A stretch of DNA of 64,000 nt from Candidatus Omnitrophota bacterium (GTDB taxonomy: Bacteria > Omnitrophota > Gorgyraeia > Duberdicusellales > 4484-171): positions 13,313-77,312 of the forward strand of contig WJJJ01000022.1 of the NCBI GenBank assembly GCA_014729775.1, written 5' to 3'. Shown here in pieces: positions 39,009 through 49,899 of this stretch (position 1 is its first letter; every line of letters begins with the position of its first letter). The position numbers and the translations under genes are program-made. The notes beneath the pieces were generated by a model that searched no databases, was not told the origin of the DNA, and saw only the letters and a program-made list of their open reading frames with translations.

Positions 39009-40277
39009 TCAAGTGATTTTTTGCTGCTGTGCGGCCAACTCCCGCAGCGCTCGGATACGGTTCAGCACGGGCGGATGGCTGTAGGAATAGCGCACCTTCC
39101 ATGGATGCGGGGTCAGATTGGAAAGGTTTTCCACCGTAAGTTTTTTCAACGCCGAAATAAAATCCTCTTCGTGCCCGTACGTAACCGCGGCAAACCGGTC
39201 CGCTTCGTACTCATACCGCCGTGAAAACGTGTGGGCGATTATCGAACAGGCGACACTCAGCGGGGTATAGAGAAACCCGAAAAAGATGATGCTCGCATAG
39301 ACCGACGCCTGCTCCACGCCGAATGCCGCGGCGAGATCTCGGTTACCGATAAAGAACTGCAGGATGTAAAACATCACTCCGGTGGTCGCCGCGGAAAGGA
39401 TGATCCCTTTGAGAATGTGCTTCTTTTTATAATGACCGACTTCGTGCGCGAGCACCGAAACTAATTCCGGAACGTTGAGCTTTTCAATCAGCGTGTCGAA
39501 CAGCGCGATCCGTTTATATTTCCCTAAACCGGTAAAAAACGCGTTGGATTTCGTACTTCGTCTGGAGGCATCCATCGTATATACCCCCTGCAGACGAAAA
39601 TCCTGACTCCGGGCATACTCCTCTATCGCGTTACGCAATTCTCCCTCGGGGAGCGGAACGAATTTATTGAAAAGAGGAAGGATTACCACCGGAGCGATGA
39701 ACGTCACGAACAGCTGAAACACCATTACCGCGGCCCAGCACCACAACCAGGCCTGCGCGCCGGCGGAGAGAAAAAACCACAACACCCCTGCAAACAACAT
39801 CCCGCCGAGCACGACTCCCAAAAAAAGTTCTTTCACGAAATCACCGATAAAGGTGCGTACTTTGGTTTTATTGAATCCGTACTTTTCCTCGATCACAAAA
39901 GTATGATAGGCGCGAAACGGAAGCGACATGACTTCCGAAAGGAGAAAGACGACGCCGGCAAAGAACAGCCCTGCCGCGAGCGGATTCTCCGTCAAGGCGC
40001 GGACGCCCCGGTCCAACAAGCCGAATCCGCCGCACAGGATCACTGCGACGATAATGACCGTGGACACCGTATCTTTGACCACGGAGAACCCGGTATTTTC
40101 CTTGAGATACCGCTGAGAAGTCCGATATTTGTCGGGATCATACACCCCGGCGAACTCCCGGGGAAGTTCGGTGGAGACATGCCGGACATTGCGCCACTCT
40201 ACCAGCGTATCAAGCAGATACCGGCCGACAAGAAATCCCAGTACTAAAATAAGGTATAATTGCTCCATGGGCATCAC
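39009..40277 (-). CDS. M48 family Ste24-like metallopeptidase
   Basis: NAFFTG, LFDTL, HEVGH, EYEAD, SHPP..RI; multiple TM helices. Confidence 0.93.
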   Translation of the reverse strand: MMPMEQLYLILVLGFLVGRYLLDTLVEWRNVRHVSTELPREFAGVYDPDKYRTSQRYLKENTGFSVVKDTVSTVIIVAVILCGGFGLLDRGVRALTENPLAAGLFFAGVVFLLSEVMSLPFRAYHTFVIEEKYGFNKTKVRTFIGDFVKELFLGVVLGGMLFAGVLWFFLSAGAQAWLWCWAAVMVFQLFVTFIAPVVILPLFNKFVPLPEGELRNAIEEYARSQDFRLQGVYTMDASRRSTKSNAFFTGLGKYKRIALFDTLIEKLNVPELVSVLAHEVGHYKKKHILKGIILSAATTGVMFYILQFFIGNRDLAAAFGVEQASVYASIIFFGFLYTPLSVACSIIAHTFSRRYEYEADRFAAVTYGHEEDFISALKKLTVENLSNLTPHPWKVRYSYSHPPVLNRIRALRELAAQQQKIT

Positions 40278-40290
40278 AAAAAGGAAAGTT

Positions 40291-40318
40291 ATTATATCAG
40301 ATTCTGGTGCGGTGTCCA
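40291..40318 (-). promoter_or_regulatory. Putative promoter for the M48 peptidase
   Basis: Minus strand TGGACA-N16-TATAAT with TGn extension. Confidence 0.5.
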
Positions 40319-40523
40319 GCGGCAGAATTGCCGATTCTTGATCATGCGCTCTCTGGCGCCATGCGCCGCAATGCCGGCGCCCTGATGAAGAACAGCGACC
40401 AAGTGGGCGATATTGAGAATTCGGGCGATCTAAAAATAAAGAGCCTGAAACGCAATATTGGGGATAAAGAGAGAACCGCCCCCTTTTTTCGTCCCCTTTT
40501 TCAACTTGTATCTTGGCGGGCGA

Positions 40524-43500
40524 TTATCGATTAGCGGGTTCCCCGTCGTCCTCGCACGTTCCTTCCCGCTCGCACGGACGAACGGTCGCGTGACCGGCCA
40601 GCCGAAGAACGACATCATCGACGATGGCATAGATACAGGGAAGCACGACCAATGTGAGAAAGGTGGCACACACAATCCCCCACACGATTGTAAGCGCCAT
40701 CGGTTTTAAAAAAGGATCACCGCCGCCGATCCCGTACGCGGTCGGCGTCAGACCGAACGCGGTGGTAATGGTGGTCAACAGTACGGGGCGCAGACGAAGC
40801 CGGCCGGCTTCAATGATCGAATCACGCCGGTCAAACCCCTGCCGGCGCAGGTTGTTGATGAATTCGACCAATACGATCGAATCATTGACGACTATGCCCG
40901 TCAGTCCCACGATCCCCATCATCATAAAAAAACTCAACGTATATCCGTGAAAAAAGAACGCCCATACCACCCCGATTAATCCGAAGGGGATAGCCAGCAT
41001 CACCATCACCGGCTGGACCAGAGAATTAAAATTTGCCGCAAGGATAAGAAAAATAAGAAACCCGGCCAGGATAAACGCCTGGATAAAACTTCTCAGGGAA
41101 CGCACGTTTTCCTCCTGCTCCCCCGCGTATTCGATTCGGTATCCGGGATACTGCACGGGCATCTCGGAGAATTTTTCCTGGAGCTTGCGGTTGGCCTCGA
41201 AAGAGGTGATCGTTTCCGTATCTACTCCGGCCCGGACGGTAATGACCCGTTTGCCGTCTTTGTGGTTAATCCTGGCCAGCGCCACGTCTTCCTCGAGACG
41301 GGCCACCCGCGGAAGAGGAATCAGGTCGCCCTGCCGGTTCGGAATCAGGATGTGTGCGAATCCGGCTCTGGTATCGCGGTATTCGAACGGAAACCGCACC
41401 CTCACGTCAATTTCTTCCTCGGCCTTCACCGGCCGAATGGACGTAGCCACACCGCCCTTGTAGGCGGTACGGATCGAAGAAGCGACGTCACGTACGGTAA
41501 GGAACGCCCGGGCGGCCCGGTTCTTGTCCACTACGATCTTCACCTCTCCCCGGCCCAGTTCATAATCCGTCGCGATATCATGCACCCCTTCCAGAGACTG
41601 AAGATAATCTTCCACGTTTTTGGCGATTTCCTCCAGCATGGAGAATTCTTCGCCGATGATCTGCACCGCGACCGGCTTGCCCACAGGAGGCCCGGCTTGG
41701 GGTTTTTCAAAATACACTTCTTCAAAACCTTCGATCGCTTCCACCTTTGGCCGCAGCGCTTCAATGATTTCGTTCACGTCCCGTTCCCGTTCCTGATGCG
41801 GGGTCAGGTAAACCGTCACCTGCGCGATATGACTGCCTGATTTACCGTAGGGATCAAACCCCCAGGTCTCACCCAACGACCCTACCTGAGTAGTATAGGC
41901 GTCGACCTCATGTTCCGGGAGCTTCCCCACCAAAGCTTCGACCTTTTCCACCATTTCATTAGTACGGTAGAGATTGCTCCCCACCGGCATCTCGGCCCGA
42001 ATATAGAATTCTTCGATCCCTTCTTCCGACCCGAACAGCACGAAAGGCATCCGGGTCATCAGCCATATCGTGGCGCCCAGCAGGGCGAGAAACACCATCA
42101 ACGCCGTATAGCGCCGACGCAGAACCCGCCGCATCCGCCTGCTGTACCAGTCCCGGAGCCGGTTGATCCAGTGCAGTTCTTTGGAAGTTCCTTCGGAGGG
42201 AGGCATCCGCACGAAATCGGCAAAATGCGAGGGCAGAATCACAAACGCTTCGAACAGGGAACATATAAGCGCGATAATGATGACCAGCGGAATCCCCCAG
42301 ATGAATTTCCCCAGCATTCCTTCCATAAACATCAGCGGTCCGAAGGCGGCGATCGTCGTCACGATAGTGGCGGTAACCGGCTTGGCAACTTCGTTGGTGC
42401 CCGCGACCGCGGCCTCGGGCGGAGACAGCCCCCTTTCCAGATGCCGCGAACAGTTCTCGGCGACGATAATGCCGTCATCGACGAGCATTCCCAGTACGAT
42501 TATCAGTCCGAACATGGTGATCAGATTTACGCTCAGCCCCATAATGCCCATAATGGAAATGGTCGCGGCAAACGCGATGGGAAGGCTCAGCGCGGTAAGG
42601 AGCGCGATGCGGTAGTTCAGGAATACCATTAACACGCCACAGACCAGAAGAATCCCCACGATTCCGTTATTCTGCAGGACACCGAGCCGGCGTTTAATAT
42701 AGTAGGCAATATCGTTGATGTAGGAAACTTTCAGGCGTTCGTCATTCTTCCCGGTGTAATTCCCCACCCGCTCCTTTACCTCCTCGACGATCTTCACCGC
42801 GTCGCCGGTGGCGCGTTTGATCACCGTGAGATTCACCGAACGGGATCCATAACTCTTATTGATCACGTCTTCGTCTTCGAAGGTAAACCGGACGCCGGCG
42901 ACATCCCGAATCCTGAGCCAGTTCCCCGCTTCGTTGGCGCGAATTACGACGTCAGCGACCTCCTCGGCGTCATAGAATTCACCGGTGGTACGGATACTGT
43001 ATTCTTCTTTTCCTCTGATCGTTCCTCCGGGAATAGTCACGTTCCGCCGCGCCAGCGCTTCCATCACCTCTTCCATACTCACGTGTTTATCCCGCAGGAC
43101 CTCCGGATCGACTTCAACCCATACCTCCTGATCGCGCCAGCCCAGCCGGGATATGCTCGAAACTCCGGGAATGTCTTCAAGGATATCTTCAAGGCGCTCC
43201 GCGTGACCCTGGAGTTCATTTTCGCTGAGCGCACCGCTTAAGGCGACCTGGATGATGGGAATTTCGCCTGAGGTAATCTCAGTCACTATCGGCTCTTCGG
43301 CGTCCCCCGGCAGATCAGTCACCCGGTCGACCGCTTGTTTGATCTCATCGACCACTTTGTCCTTGTCTTTGACGTCCTGGGCGATATCCATCCGGACCGT
43401 GGAAAAATTGTCTCTGGACGTGGAAATCATCTCTTCGATCCCGTCGACACCCTTGAGTTCTTTTTCCAAAGGGATCGTGACCAGTTTTTCGACCTCTTTC

Positions 43501-43673
43501 GGCGGCGCGCCCGGATATGCCGTCTGCACCAGCACCACATCATAGGAAACTTCGGGGAACGCCTCCCGGCGGATCTGGTAGATAAACAGGGTATACACGC
43601 CGGCGATCAGCACAAACAGCGATATCAAATTCACCAACAGCGAATGTTTTACCGAAAATTCAGAAATCTTCAT
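40524..43673 (-). CDS. RND efflux transporter permease (AcrB/AcrF family)
   Basis: YPGAPP..VE..VT..LE, GMLVDDGIIVAEN, GIVVNDSIVLV, RLRPVLLT. Probable start MKISEF. Confidence 0.93.
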   Translation of the reverse strand: MKISEFSVKHSLLVNLISLFVLIAGVYTLFIYQIRREAFPEVSYDVVLVQTAYPGAPPKEVEKLVTIPLEKELKGVDGIEEMISTSRDNFSTVRMDIAQDVKDKDKVVDEIKQAVDRVTDLPGDAEEPIVTEITSGEIPIIQVALSGALSENELQGHAERLEDILEDIPGVSSISRLGWRDQEVWVEVDPEVLRDKHVSMEEVMEALARRNVTIPGGTIRGKEEYSIRTTGEFYDAEEVADVVIRANEAGNWLRIRDVAGVRFTFEDEDVINKSYGSRSVNLTVIKRATGDAVKIVEEVKERVGNYTGKNDERLKVSYINDIAYYIKRRLGVLQNNGIVGILLVCGVLMVFLNYRIALLTALSLPIAFAATISIMGIMGLSVNLITMFGLIIVLGMLVDDGIIVAENCSRHLERGLSPPEAAVAGTNEVAKPVTATIVTTIAAFGPLMFMEGMLGKFIWGIPLVIIIALICSLFEAFVILPSHFADFVRMPPSEGTSKELHWINRLRDWYSRRMRRVLRRRYTALMVFLALLGATIWLMTRMPFVLFGSEEGIEEFYIRAEMPVGSNLYRTNEMVEKVEALVGKLPEHEVDAYTTQVGSLGETWGFDPYGKSGSHIAQVTVYLTPHQERERDVNEIIEALRPKVEAIEGFEEVYFEKPQAGPPVGKPVAVQIIGEEFSMLEEIAKNVEDYLQSLEGVHDIATDYELGRGEVKIVVDKNRAARAFLTVRDVASSIRTAYKGGVATSIRPVKAEEEIDVRVRFPFEYRDTRAGFAHILIPNRQGDLIPLPRVARLEEDVALARINHKDGKRVITVRAGVDTETITSFEANRKLQEKFSEMPVQYPGYRIEYAGEQEENVRSLRSFIQAFILAGFLIFLILAANFNSLVQPVMVMLAIPFGLIGVVWAFFFHGYTLSFFMMMGIVGLTGIVVNDSIVLVEFINNLRRQGFDRRDSIIEAGRLRLRPVLLTTITTAFGLTPTAYGIGGGDPFLKPMALTIVWGIVCATFLTLVVLPCIYAIVDDVVLRLAGHATVRPCEREGTCEDDGEPANR

Positions 43674-45192
43674 ATAGTTCCCGTTGTGTACGCGCATCCC
43701 AATAGCGGGATAACAGCGCGTTTTTGGCCCGGCCCAGGTCGATCCGGCTCAGCCGGTAGGCGTACCACGCCCGGACCTGCTCAAGCCGCGCGTTGAGCAC
43801 GTCCTCCTGATAGCGGATTATCCGGTCACTGCTGGAGAGCCCGTCGCGGAACCGTTTCTGTTCCGCTTTCAGTTTTTCCGTTTGCAATTCCACCAGCCGC
43901 CGCGCCAGCTTCACCCGTTCCGCGTGCGCGTTGACCTGCGCCGCCAGCGTGTGCAGTTCACGGAAAATCTCCCGCTCCACCCGTTTTACGAAAAGAATGT
44001 GTTTTTGTTTCAGCGCTTCCGCCTCCGCGTATTCAGCCTCCGCTTTGGTGTTTTCCAGGGGGAACCGGATCGTAACCCCGAAAAACACCGATGAGTTATG
44101 CTCGTCACGCACCCCTTCCCAGGCCTCCCCGAAGCGGTCGCTGAGTCCGTTTTTGGCGTATGTCGCTTCAAGATCAATCTGCGGCCACAGCGAATTTTTT
44201 TTCATCGCCAGATAAATATTCTGCGAATCCAACGCGGTCCTCGCCCGCTGATAATCCCGGCGCCGAGAAACCGCCTCACGCAACTCCTCCTCCAGCGACA
44301 CCGTCTCCGGTCCGACGCGCAGTTCGTCCTGCGCGGAAACTCTCCGCTGAAAATCATCTTCATTTAATAAAAACAACAATTGGTTCTTCGCGGTTTCCCG
44401 TTCCAGGCGCGCGATGATCGCTTCTGTTTCCCTCGCCTTGACGTTCGCTTGGTGGGCAAACACTTCCGAGGGAATCGCCGTGCCCAATGCCTGTTTCTGC
44501 TCGTAGGTCCGTTGGAGCGCCCGCGCGTCGGCCAGCAATTCTTCCCGTACTTTCAGTTCTTCTTCCTGCAGAGCGAGGGTCCAGTAGGCTTCCTGCGCCT
44601 CGGCCAGAACCTGTTCAATTTCATCCAGCGACAGCCACCGGGCGCCCTCTACCGCAAGCGCGGCCCGGCGAACACCGTACCTGTCCAGAATACCGAAGAA
44701 ATTTTTCCCGATCGGCTGCACCAGACTGACCGCGACCTGCCCCTCATGGGCGGGATTCGTCGTGGAAAACGCGGAATCAGTCCAGTCCCGCGCATGCTGT
44801 CCTTCCACCGAAAGAGTGGTCCCCGTAGGCAGTGTTTTCTCCAACGAGGCCGAATACAGATTGGTGAGTTTCCTTGTCCCCAGAATGATACTGGCCGGTT
44901 TGGTCTGATCATCGGTATACCCGGCATGAAGCGCGAAATAGGTATCGAACAAAGACCGCTCCTTCGGCAGTTCCGTGCGTCCGGCGGCGTATTCATACAA
45001 AGCGATTTGCACATCAAGCGAATTCCTCAACACCAAACGGCTGATTTCCTCCAAGGAATATTTTTCCGCCCTCGTCCCCGAAAACGACTTCGAATCGGCG
45101 GCGGATACGTCCACTCCGGCGCATACCGGCACCGCCAGCATACCCCACAGGACCGCCTTTAAAAAAAGAGTGACTCTTTTACGCATTTTCAC
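43660..45192 (-). CDS. TolC family outer-membrane efflux protein
   Basis: Signal peptide, two OEP-like repeats (LWPQIDL, helical/beta alternation), adjacent to RND gene. Confidence 0.88.
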   Translation of the reverse strand: MKMRKRVTLFLKAVLWGMLAVPVCAGVDVSAADSKSFSGTRAEKYSLEEISRLVLRNSLDVQIALYEYAAGRTELPKERSLFDTYFALHAGYTDDQTKPASIILGTRKLTNLYSASLEKTLPTGTTLSVEGQHARDWTDSAFSTTNPAHEGQVAVSLVQPIGKNFFGILDRYGVRRAALAVEGARWLSLDEIEQVLAEAQEAYWTLALQEEELKVREELLADARALQRTYEQKQALGTAIPSEVFAHQANVKARETEAIIARLERETAKNQLLFLLNEDDFQRRVSAQDELRVGPETVSLEEELREAVSRRRDYQRARTALDSQNIYLAMKKNSLWPQIDLEATYAKNGLSDRFGEAWEGVRDEHNSSVFFGVTIRFPLENTKAEAEYAEAEALKQKHILFVKRVEREIFRELHTLAAQVNAHAERVKLARRLVELQTEKLKAEQKRFRDGLSSSDRIIRYQEDVLNARLEQVRAWYAYRLSRIDLGRAKNALLSRYWDARTQRELYEDF

Positions 45193-45622
45193 GGCCGGTC
45201 ATGTTTTTTAATATTTTCCTGAGGATACGCAAATACTCTTCCTGCTCGGCCCGGCTCAAACAGTCTAAGATTGTTTCCCACCTCTGCTGGATCGTCTTAC
45301 GGAACCGCTCGATGAATTCGGTGCCTTTACGGCTCAGCACCACATACACCACGCGCCGGTCCTGCTGATCTCTTTCCCGCCGCAGATACCCTTTCCGCGT
45401 AAGGCGGTCGACCACTCCCGATACCGTCGGCGCGGAAACCTGAAAATTTTCAGCGATATCGGTAAGTTTCGGCCGGTCGCTTTCCGAAATATACATCAGG
45501 GTGACAATCTGCCGGTTGGTAAGCTCCTCTATTTCAAAAAAGTTCTGGCGGATACTGACCACCAGCTTCGGGATCAACAGAGAAACTTCCCGGGCGATTT
45601 TACGCGCGTGCGTCATATACAC
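45179..45622 (-). CDS. MarR family transcriptional regulator
   Basis: LT..Q, wHTH VSAPTVSGVVDRL, DRRVVYVVLS..G. Confidence 0.92.
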   Translation of the reverse strand: MYMTHARKIAREVSLLIPKLVVSIRQNFFEIEELTNRQIVTLMYISESDRPKLTDIAENFQVSAPTVSGVVDRLTRKGYLRRERDQQDRRVVYVVLSRKGTEFIERFRKTIQQRWETILDCLSRAEQEEYLRILRKILKNMTGRENA

Positions 45623-45634
45623 ACCCCCTACAAA

Positions 45635-45692
45635 TTAATATGGCTAATCTTTAGCCTAGCTAAATATTAACATAAGAAAACTCCTTCGTCAA
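45635..45692 (-). promoter_or_regulatory. marR promoter with overlapping inverted-repeat operator
   Basis: TTGACG-N17-TAATAT (45692-45664); inverted repeats GGCTAA-N3-TTAGCC (45642-45656) and TTTAGC-N3-GCTAAA (45650-45664) over the predicted start site. Confidence 0.65.
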
Positions 45693-45709
45693 GGCCCCGG
45701 CGCCTCTTT

Positions 45710-48700
45710 CTATTCCTTTTTTTCCTGTTTTTTCTCTTCTTCGATGATTTTCGCGGCAAGTTCGGAAGGAACCGGCTCATAGCGGCAGAAATGCATGGAA
45801 AACGTGGCCCGCCCGCTGCTCAGCGAACGGAAGGTCTGGGAATAGCCGAACATCTCGCCCAGCGGCGCCTCGGCTAAAATAAGTTTCTGCTTGCCCTTTT
45901 CTTCGATATTCAAAATTTTCCCGCGCCGGGAACAGATATTCCCCACGAGATTACTCACGTATTCTTCCGGCGCCATGACCTCCAGGGACATATACGGCTC
46001 CAGAAGAACCGGCTTCCCCTTCATGAACGCTTCCTTAAAACAGCCGATCGCGGCCATCTGAAACGCCAGATCGGAAGAATCAACCTCGTGATAGGACCCG
46101 TCCAGAAGCGTGACGTTGATATCCACTACCGGATACCCGGCGTACACCCCGCGCTTCATGATCGTACGCACCCCTTTCTCCACGGACGGGATATATCCTT
46201 GCGGAATGGCCCCTCCTTTTATTTTATTGTCGAAAGAGAAATCCTGTCCCCGTTCCGCCGGAGCAATACTCATGATCACATGGCCGTACTGGCCGTGTCC
46301 GCCGGTCTGCTTGACGTGCTTATATTCTCCTTCCACCTCTTCGGTGAGCGTTTCCCGGTAGGCCACTTTGGGCGGACTGACTTCGGCGTTCACCTTAAAT
46401 TCCTCTTTCAGCCGTTCCACGATTATTTCCAGATGCAATTCTCCCATTCCGGAGAGAAGGATCTCTTTCGTTTCTTTGTTGGTTTCCACGGAAAAGGTGG
46501 GGTCCTCTTCCACCAATTTCATGATTGCCTTGTTCAATTTATCCTGGTCCTGACGGGATTTCGGTTTAATACTAATCGACATCACCGGCTCCGGAAATTC
46601 CATCGTTTCCAGCAGCAGCGGACGTTCGCCGGCGCACAGCGTATCGCCGGTCACCGTTTGAGAAAACCCGATCGCCGCGGCGATATCACCGGCGTACACC
46701 CGTTTCCGGTTTTCCTTCTGATTGGCGTGCAGCTGAACAATTCTGCCCACCCGTTCCTTTCTCCCTTTATTCACGTTCATCACGTACGTCCCCGACTCGA
46801 TATATCCCGAATATACTCTGAAATACACCAGTTTCCCCACATGCGGATCCGACTGAACCTTAAAGGCGAACCCGGCAAAAGGCTCCTCCAGCGACGGAGA
46901 GACGGTAATGCTCTTCTCTTCGTCGGAAGGGTCCGTTCCCAGCACCGGAGGCAGGTCAACCGGTGCCGGCAAAAACAGATTCACCGCGTCCAGAAGCTGC
47001 TGCACGCCTTTGTTTTTTAACGCCGAACCACACAGCACCGGCACCAGCTTATTGACCACGGTCCCGCTGCGGATCGCGCCACGCAGTTCATCCTCGCTTA
47101 ACGAGTTTTCATTTTCCAAATATTTCTCCATGAGCTTTTCGTCGGTCGCGGCCGCGCGTTCCGCGAGCAGATGACGATACTCCTGTGCTTTCTCTTTATA
47201 TTCCTCCGGGATTTCAGCCTTCTTGACCTTTTTCCCGTCGGATCCGTCCTCAAAGATACAGGCCTGCATTGAAATCAAATCGATGATCCCGTGGAACTCA
47301 CTCTCGGCGCCGATGGGTATCTGCAGAGGAACGATCGCGATGCTGAATTTTGTTTCGATATCCTTCAACACCCCGTAAAAATTCGCGCCCAGCCGGTCCA
47401 TCTTATTGATGAACGCGATCTTAGGCACGTGATATTTATTTGATTGATGCCACACGGTTTCCGACTGGGCCTCTACCCCGCCCACGGCGCAAAACACCAT
47501 CACCGCGCCGTCAAGGACCCGCAGCGATCGTTCAACCTCAGCGGTGAAATCTACGTGGCCAGGCGTATCAATAATATTGATCCGTACGTCATCCCAAAAG
47601 CAGGTGGTCGCCGCCGAAGTAATCGTAATCCCCCGTTCCTGCTCCTGTTTCATCCAGTCCATTTGCGCCTGTCCGTCGTGCACCTCGCCGATCTTATGCG
47701 ATTTTCCCGTATAATACAACACCCGTTCGGTCAAGGTCGTCTTCCCGGCGTCGATATGTGCCATGATCCCGATATTCCGGACCTTGTGCAGATTCTTGGC
47801 GACTTCATCCAGCTCCTTTTTCAGTTCCGGATCGATCTCTTTTCGCTGATCCGCCCCTTCGCTCATGGCCTTTGCCGCAGGCGCCTTGCTCTCCTCCTCA
47901 GATTCATCCGGGACTTCTGTTCCCCCTTCTTCTTTTTCCGGCTCATCAGATCCCTTGCGGACTTTCCCTTCGGCTCCTTCCCGGGATTCTTCCCCTTCCG
48001 AAGACGAGGGAGCCTTTTCCGCGGCACCCTGCGCTTCCTGTTCTTCTTCTGCATCCGTCCCGCCGTCCTCTTCCGGCACGGAAGCCCGGGCCTCATTTGG
48101 TATTGCCTCAGCTTGAGCTTTCCCCGAAGCTCCTGCCGGTGCGGGCTCCGCTGGGACCTCGGCATCCTCCGCTCCGGCTGAATCGGCTTTTTCCTCTTCC
48201 GCGGCGTCGACACTGCCGGAATCCGCACCCGGTTCTTCATCGGCCTTTTCTTGCCGGACAGCGTCCGCCGCAGGCGCTTTGTCTTCTGCGTCGTCGCCGG
48301 AAGCCTCATTCCCCGCAGCTACGGTCTCGGTTTCCGGCGGTTTTTCGCCCGCCGCAGAATCACCGCCGCCATCGCCCTCGGCGCTCTCCACGGTTTCTCT
48401 CCCGGCGTCTGCTCCTTCCTCTCCCAACAGCCGCGCTAAATGCTCCTTCTGCCTCTTATACTGTCGCATCTGCTCGTCGCGTTCCAGGTACAGCTTCTGC
48501 TTGAGCTCGTGATCTTTTTCTAATTTTTCATATTCCTGCCGCAGGCTCTCGTACTGCTCTTTTATTTTTTCGAATTCCGCTTTGGATACCCATTCACTCT
48601 GCTCCAGCTTCCGCTGAAGCTGATTTGATTTCATTCGCAGCGCCTTGATCTCGCTGGTATTGGATTCGAGCGTGCTTTTAATCTCCCGAAGTTCATCGTC

Positions 48701-49165
48701 ACGCTCTTTCACCTCCTCGTCCAGCTGCGCGATACGCTTTTCGGCGTCGTCCAAAGACCGCTGAAGATTGACCTTTTTGGAAAATTCCTTTTCCAGCTCC
48801 TTTTCTTTTTTCAGAAATTTTTCTTTTAATTGCCGATTCTCTTCGACCATTTTTTCCATCTTTTCATGCTCGTGCGCATCCCATTTTTTCTGCCGGTCAA
48901 GCTCCTCCGCGAGATCCTTCTTTTTTTCGCGCAGCTGCTCCTGTTCCTTCTGCGCGGAGGAAAGCTTCCTTTTCATCTCCTCGTTCTTTTGCTTCAGCTC
49001 CACCCCTTCTTCCTTGAAAAACTCGGCGCGGCGGCGCTGCTCCTCAACCAACGCCTTATAATTCTCCCTCTGCTCCCGTTTCTTGCGTTCTTCAGGACTG
49101 TAGAACAGGTAATATACCAGTCCAAGCGCACCGACCATTAAAATGATGAATATCAGTTGCATCAC
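45710..49165 (-). CDS. Elongation factor G fused to an N-terminal TM helix, coiled coil and acidic linker (putative membrane-anchored EF-G)
   Basis: 1151 aa uninterrupted ORF with GAGGAG RBS. aa ~3-22 hydrophobic, ~25-247 coiled coil, ~248-455 E/A/D-rich, ~460-1151 complete EF-G with [27 protein letters not shown]. Confidence 0.93.
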   Translation of the reverse strand: MMQLIFIILMVGALGLVYYLFYSPEERKKREQRENYKALVEEQRRRAEFFKEEGVELKQKNEEMKRKLSSAQKEQEQLREKKKDLAEELDRQKKWDAHEHEKMEKMVEENRQLKEKFLKKEKELEKEFSKKVNLQRSLDDAEKRIAQLDEEVKERDDELREIKSTLESNTSEIKALRMKSNQLQRKLEQSEWVSKAEFEKIKEQYESLRQEYEKLEKDHELKQKLYLERDEQMRQYKRQKEHLARLLGEEGADAGRETVESAEGDGGGDSAAGEKPPETETVAAGNEASGDDAEDKAPAADAVRQEKADEEPGADSGSVDAAEEEKADSAGAEDAEVPAEPAPAGASGKAQAEAIPNEARASVPEEDGGTDAEEEQEAQGAAEKAPSSSEGEESREGAEGKVRKGSDEPEKEEGGTEVPDESEEESKAPAAKAMSEGADQRKEIDPELKKELDEVAKNLHKVRNIGIMAHIDAGKTTLTERVLYYTGKSHKIGEVHDGQAQMDWMKQEQERGITITSAATTCFWDDVRINIIDTPGHVDFTAEVERSLRVLDGAVMVFCAVGGVEAQSETVWHQSNKYHVPKIAFINKMDRLGANFYGVLKDIETKFSIAIVPLQIPIGAESEFHGIIDLISMQACIFEDGSDGKKVKKAEIPEEYKEKAQEYRHLLAERAAATDEKLMEKYLENENSLSEDELRGAIRSGTVVNKLVPVLCGSALKNKGVQQLLDAVNLFLPAPVDLPPVLGTDPSDEEKSITVSPSLEEPFAGFAFKVQSDPHVGKLVYFRVYSGYIESGTYVMNVNKGRKERVGRIVQLHANQKENRKRVYAGDIAAAIGFSQTVTGDTLCAGERPLLLETMEFPEPVMSISIKPKSRQDQDKLNKAIMKLVEEDPTFSVETNKETKEILLSGMGELHLEIIVERLKEEFKVNAEVSPPKVAYRETLTEEVEGEYKHVKQTGGHGQYGHVIMSIAPAERGQDFSFDNKIKGGAIPQGYIPSVEKGVRTIMKRGVYAGYPVVDINVTLLDGSYHEVDSSDLAFQMAAIGCFKEAFMKGKPVLLEPYMSLEVMAPEEYVSNLVGNICSRRGKILNIEEKGKQKLILAEAPLGEMFGYSQTFRSLSSGRATFSMHFCRYEPVPSELAAKIIEEEKKQEKKE

Positions 49166-49185
49166 GGCTTTTTTCTCCTCATTCT

Positions 49186-49220
49186 CCCCATTTGTCCACC
49201 CCGGGGGTGGACAAATGGGG
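49186..49220. repeat. REP-like palindrome downstream of the RAYT gene
   Basis: CCCCATTTGTCCACCCC-G-GGGGTGGACAAATGGGG, perfect 17-bp arms. Confidence 0.9.
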
Positions 49221-49227
49221 GCTCAGC

Positions 49228-49872
49228 TCATTCATACAGAAGGTGCTTGATCCGCGCCAGTTTCCGCTGGTCATCGATCCGCTCCTCGGTAAAGCGCCGG
49301 TACTGCGCGGGTAAGATCTCCAGGTATTCGTCTTTGGCGCATATGTGCGTTTCAGACGCACCCTGCCCCAAATATTCCCGGTAGGACGAATATTCCCAGT
49401 CCTGCGGTCTCTCGACTAGCCCGGCGGTCACCGGATTCAGGTGCAGATACCGGGTCAAATGCAGCAGCTGCTCATCCGTTTCCACCCGCACGTTCTTGAA
49501 CCGGCCTTCCCATAACGGTCCTCTGCGGGAATGGGCGGTATTGAAATAGCGCGCGTAACTATTGGCGATATTGTTCATGAACAGAGAGATCCCGTCTTCG
49601 GCCCGCTGCGCGAGCACCAAATGAATATGGGTCGGCATCAGGCAATAGGCCACGACCGCGACGCCCTCCTTCTCTACGGACCGGCGCGGCGGACGATGCT
49701 TGCGCTGTACGAACCGGGAGAACTTCTCGCGCGGATCTGTCTGCCGGTAGTAGGTGATCGCGTCGATCATCCGGCCGTATTCGCCGGCGGTGGTAAAAAT
49801 CTCATACCCGGCAATACTCTTATTAAATACGTGATAGAGGTGACCGCTGACCAGCGGACAGGGACGCTTCAT
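49228..49872 (-). mobile_element. REP-associated tyrosine transposase (RAYT, HUH Y1 family)
   Basis: YHVFNK, YCLMPTHIHLV (HUH), GPLWEGRFK, YLHLNPV.AGLV, WEYSSY; flanked by palindromes. Confidence 0.9.
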
Positions 49873-49899
49873 AGTTCAAGTATACCCTATCGGGCCTGA

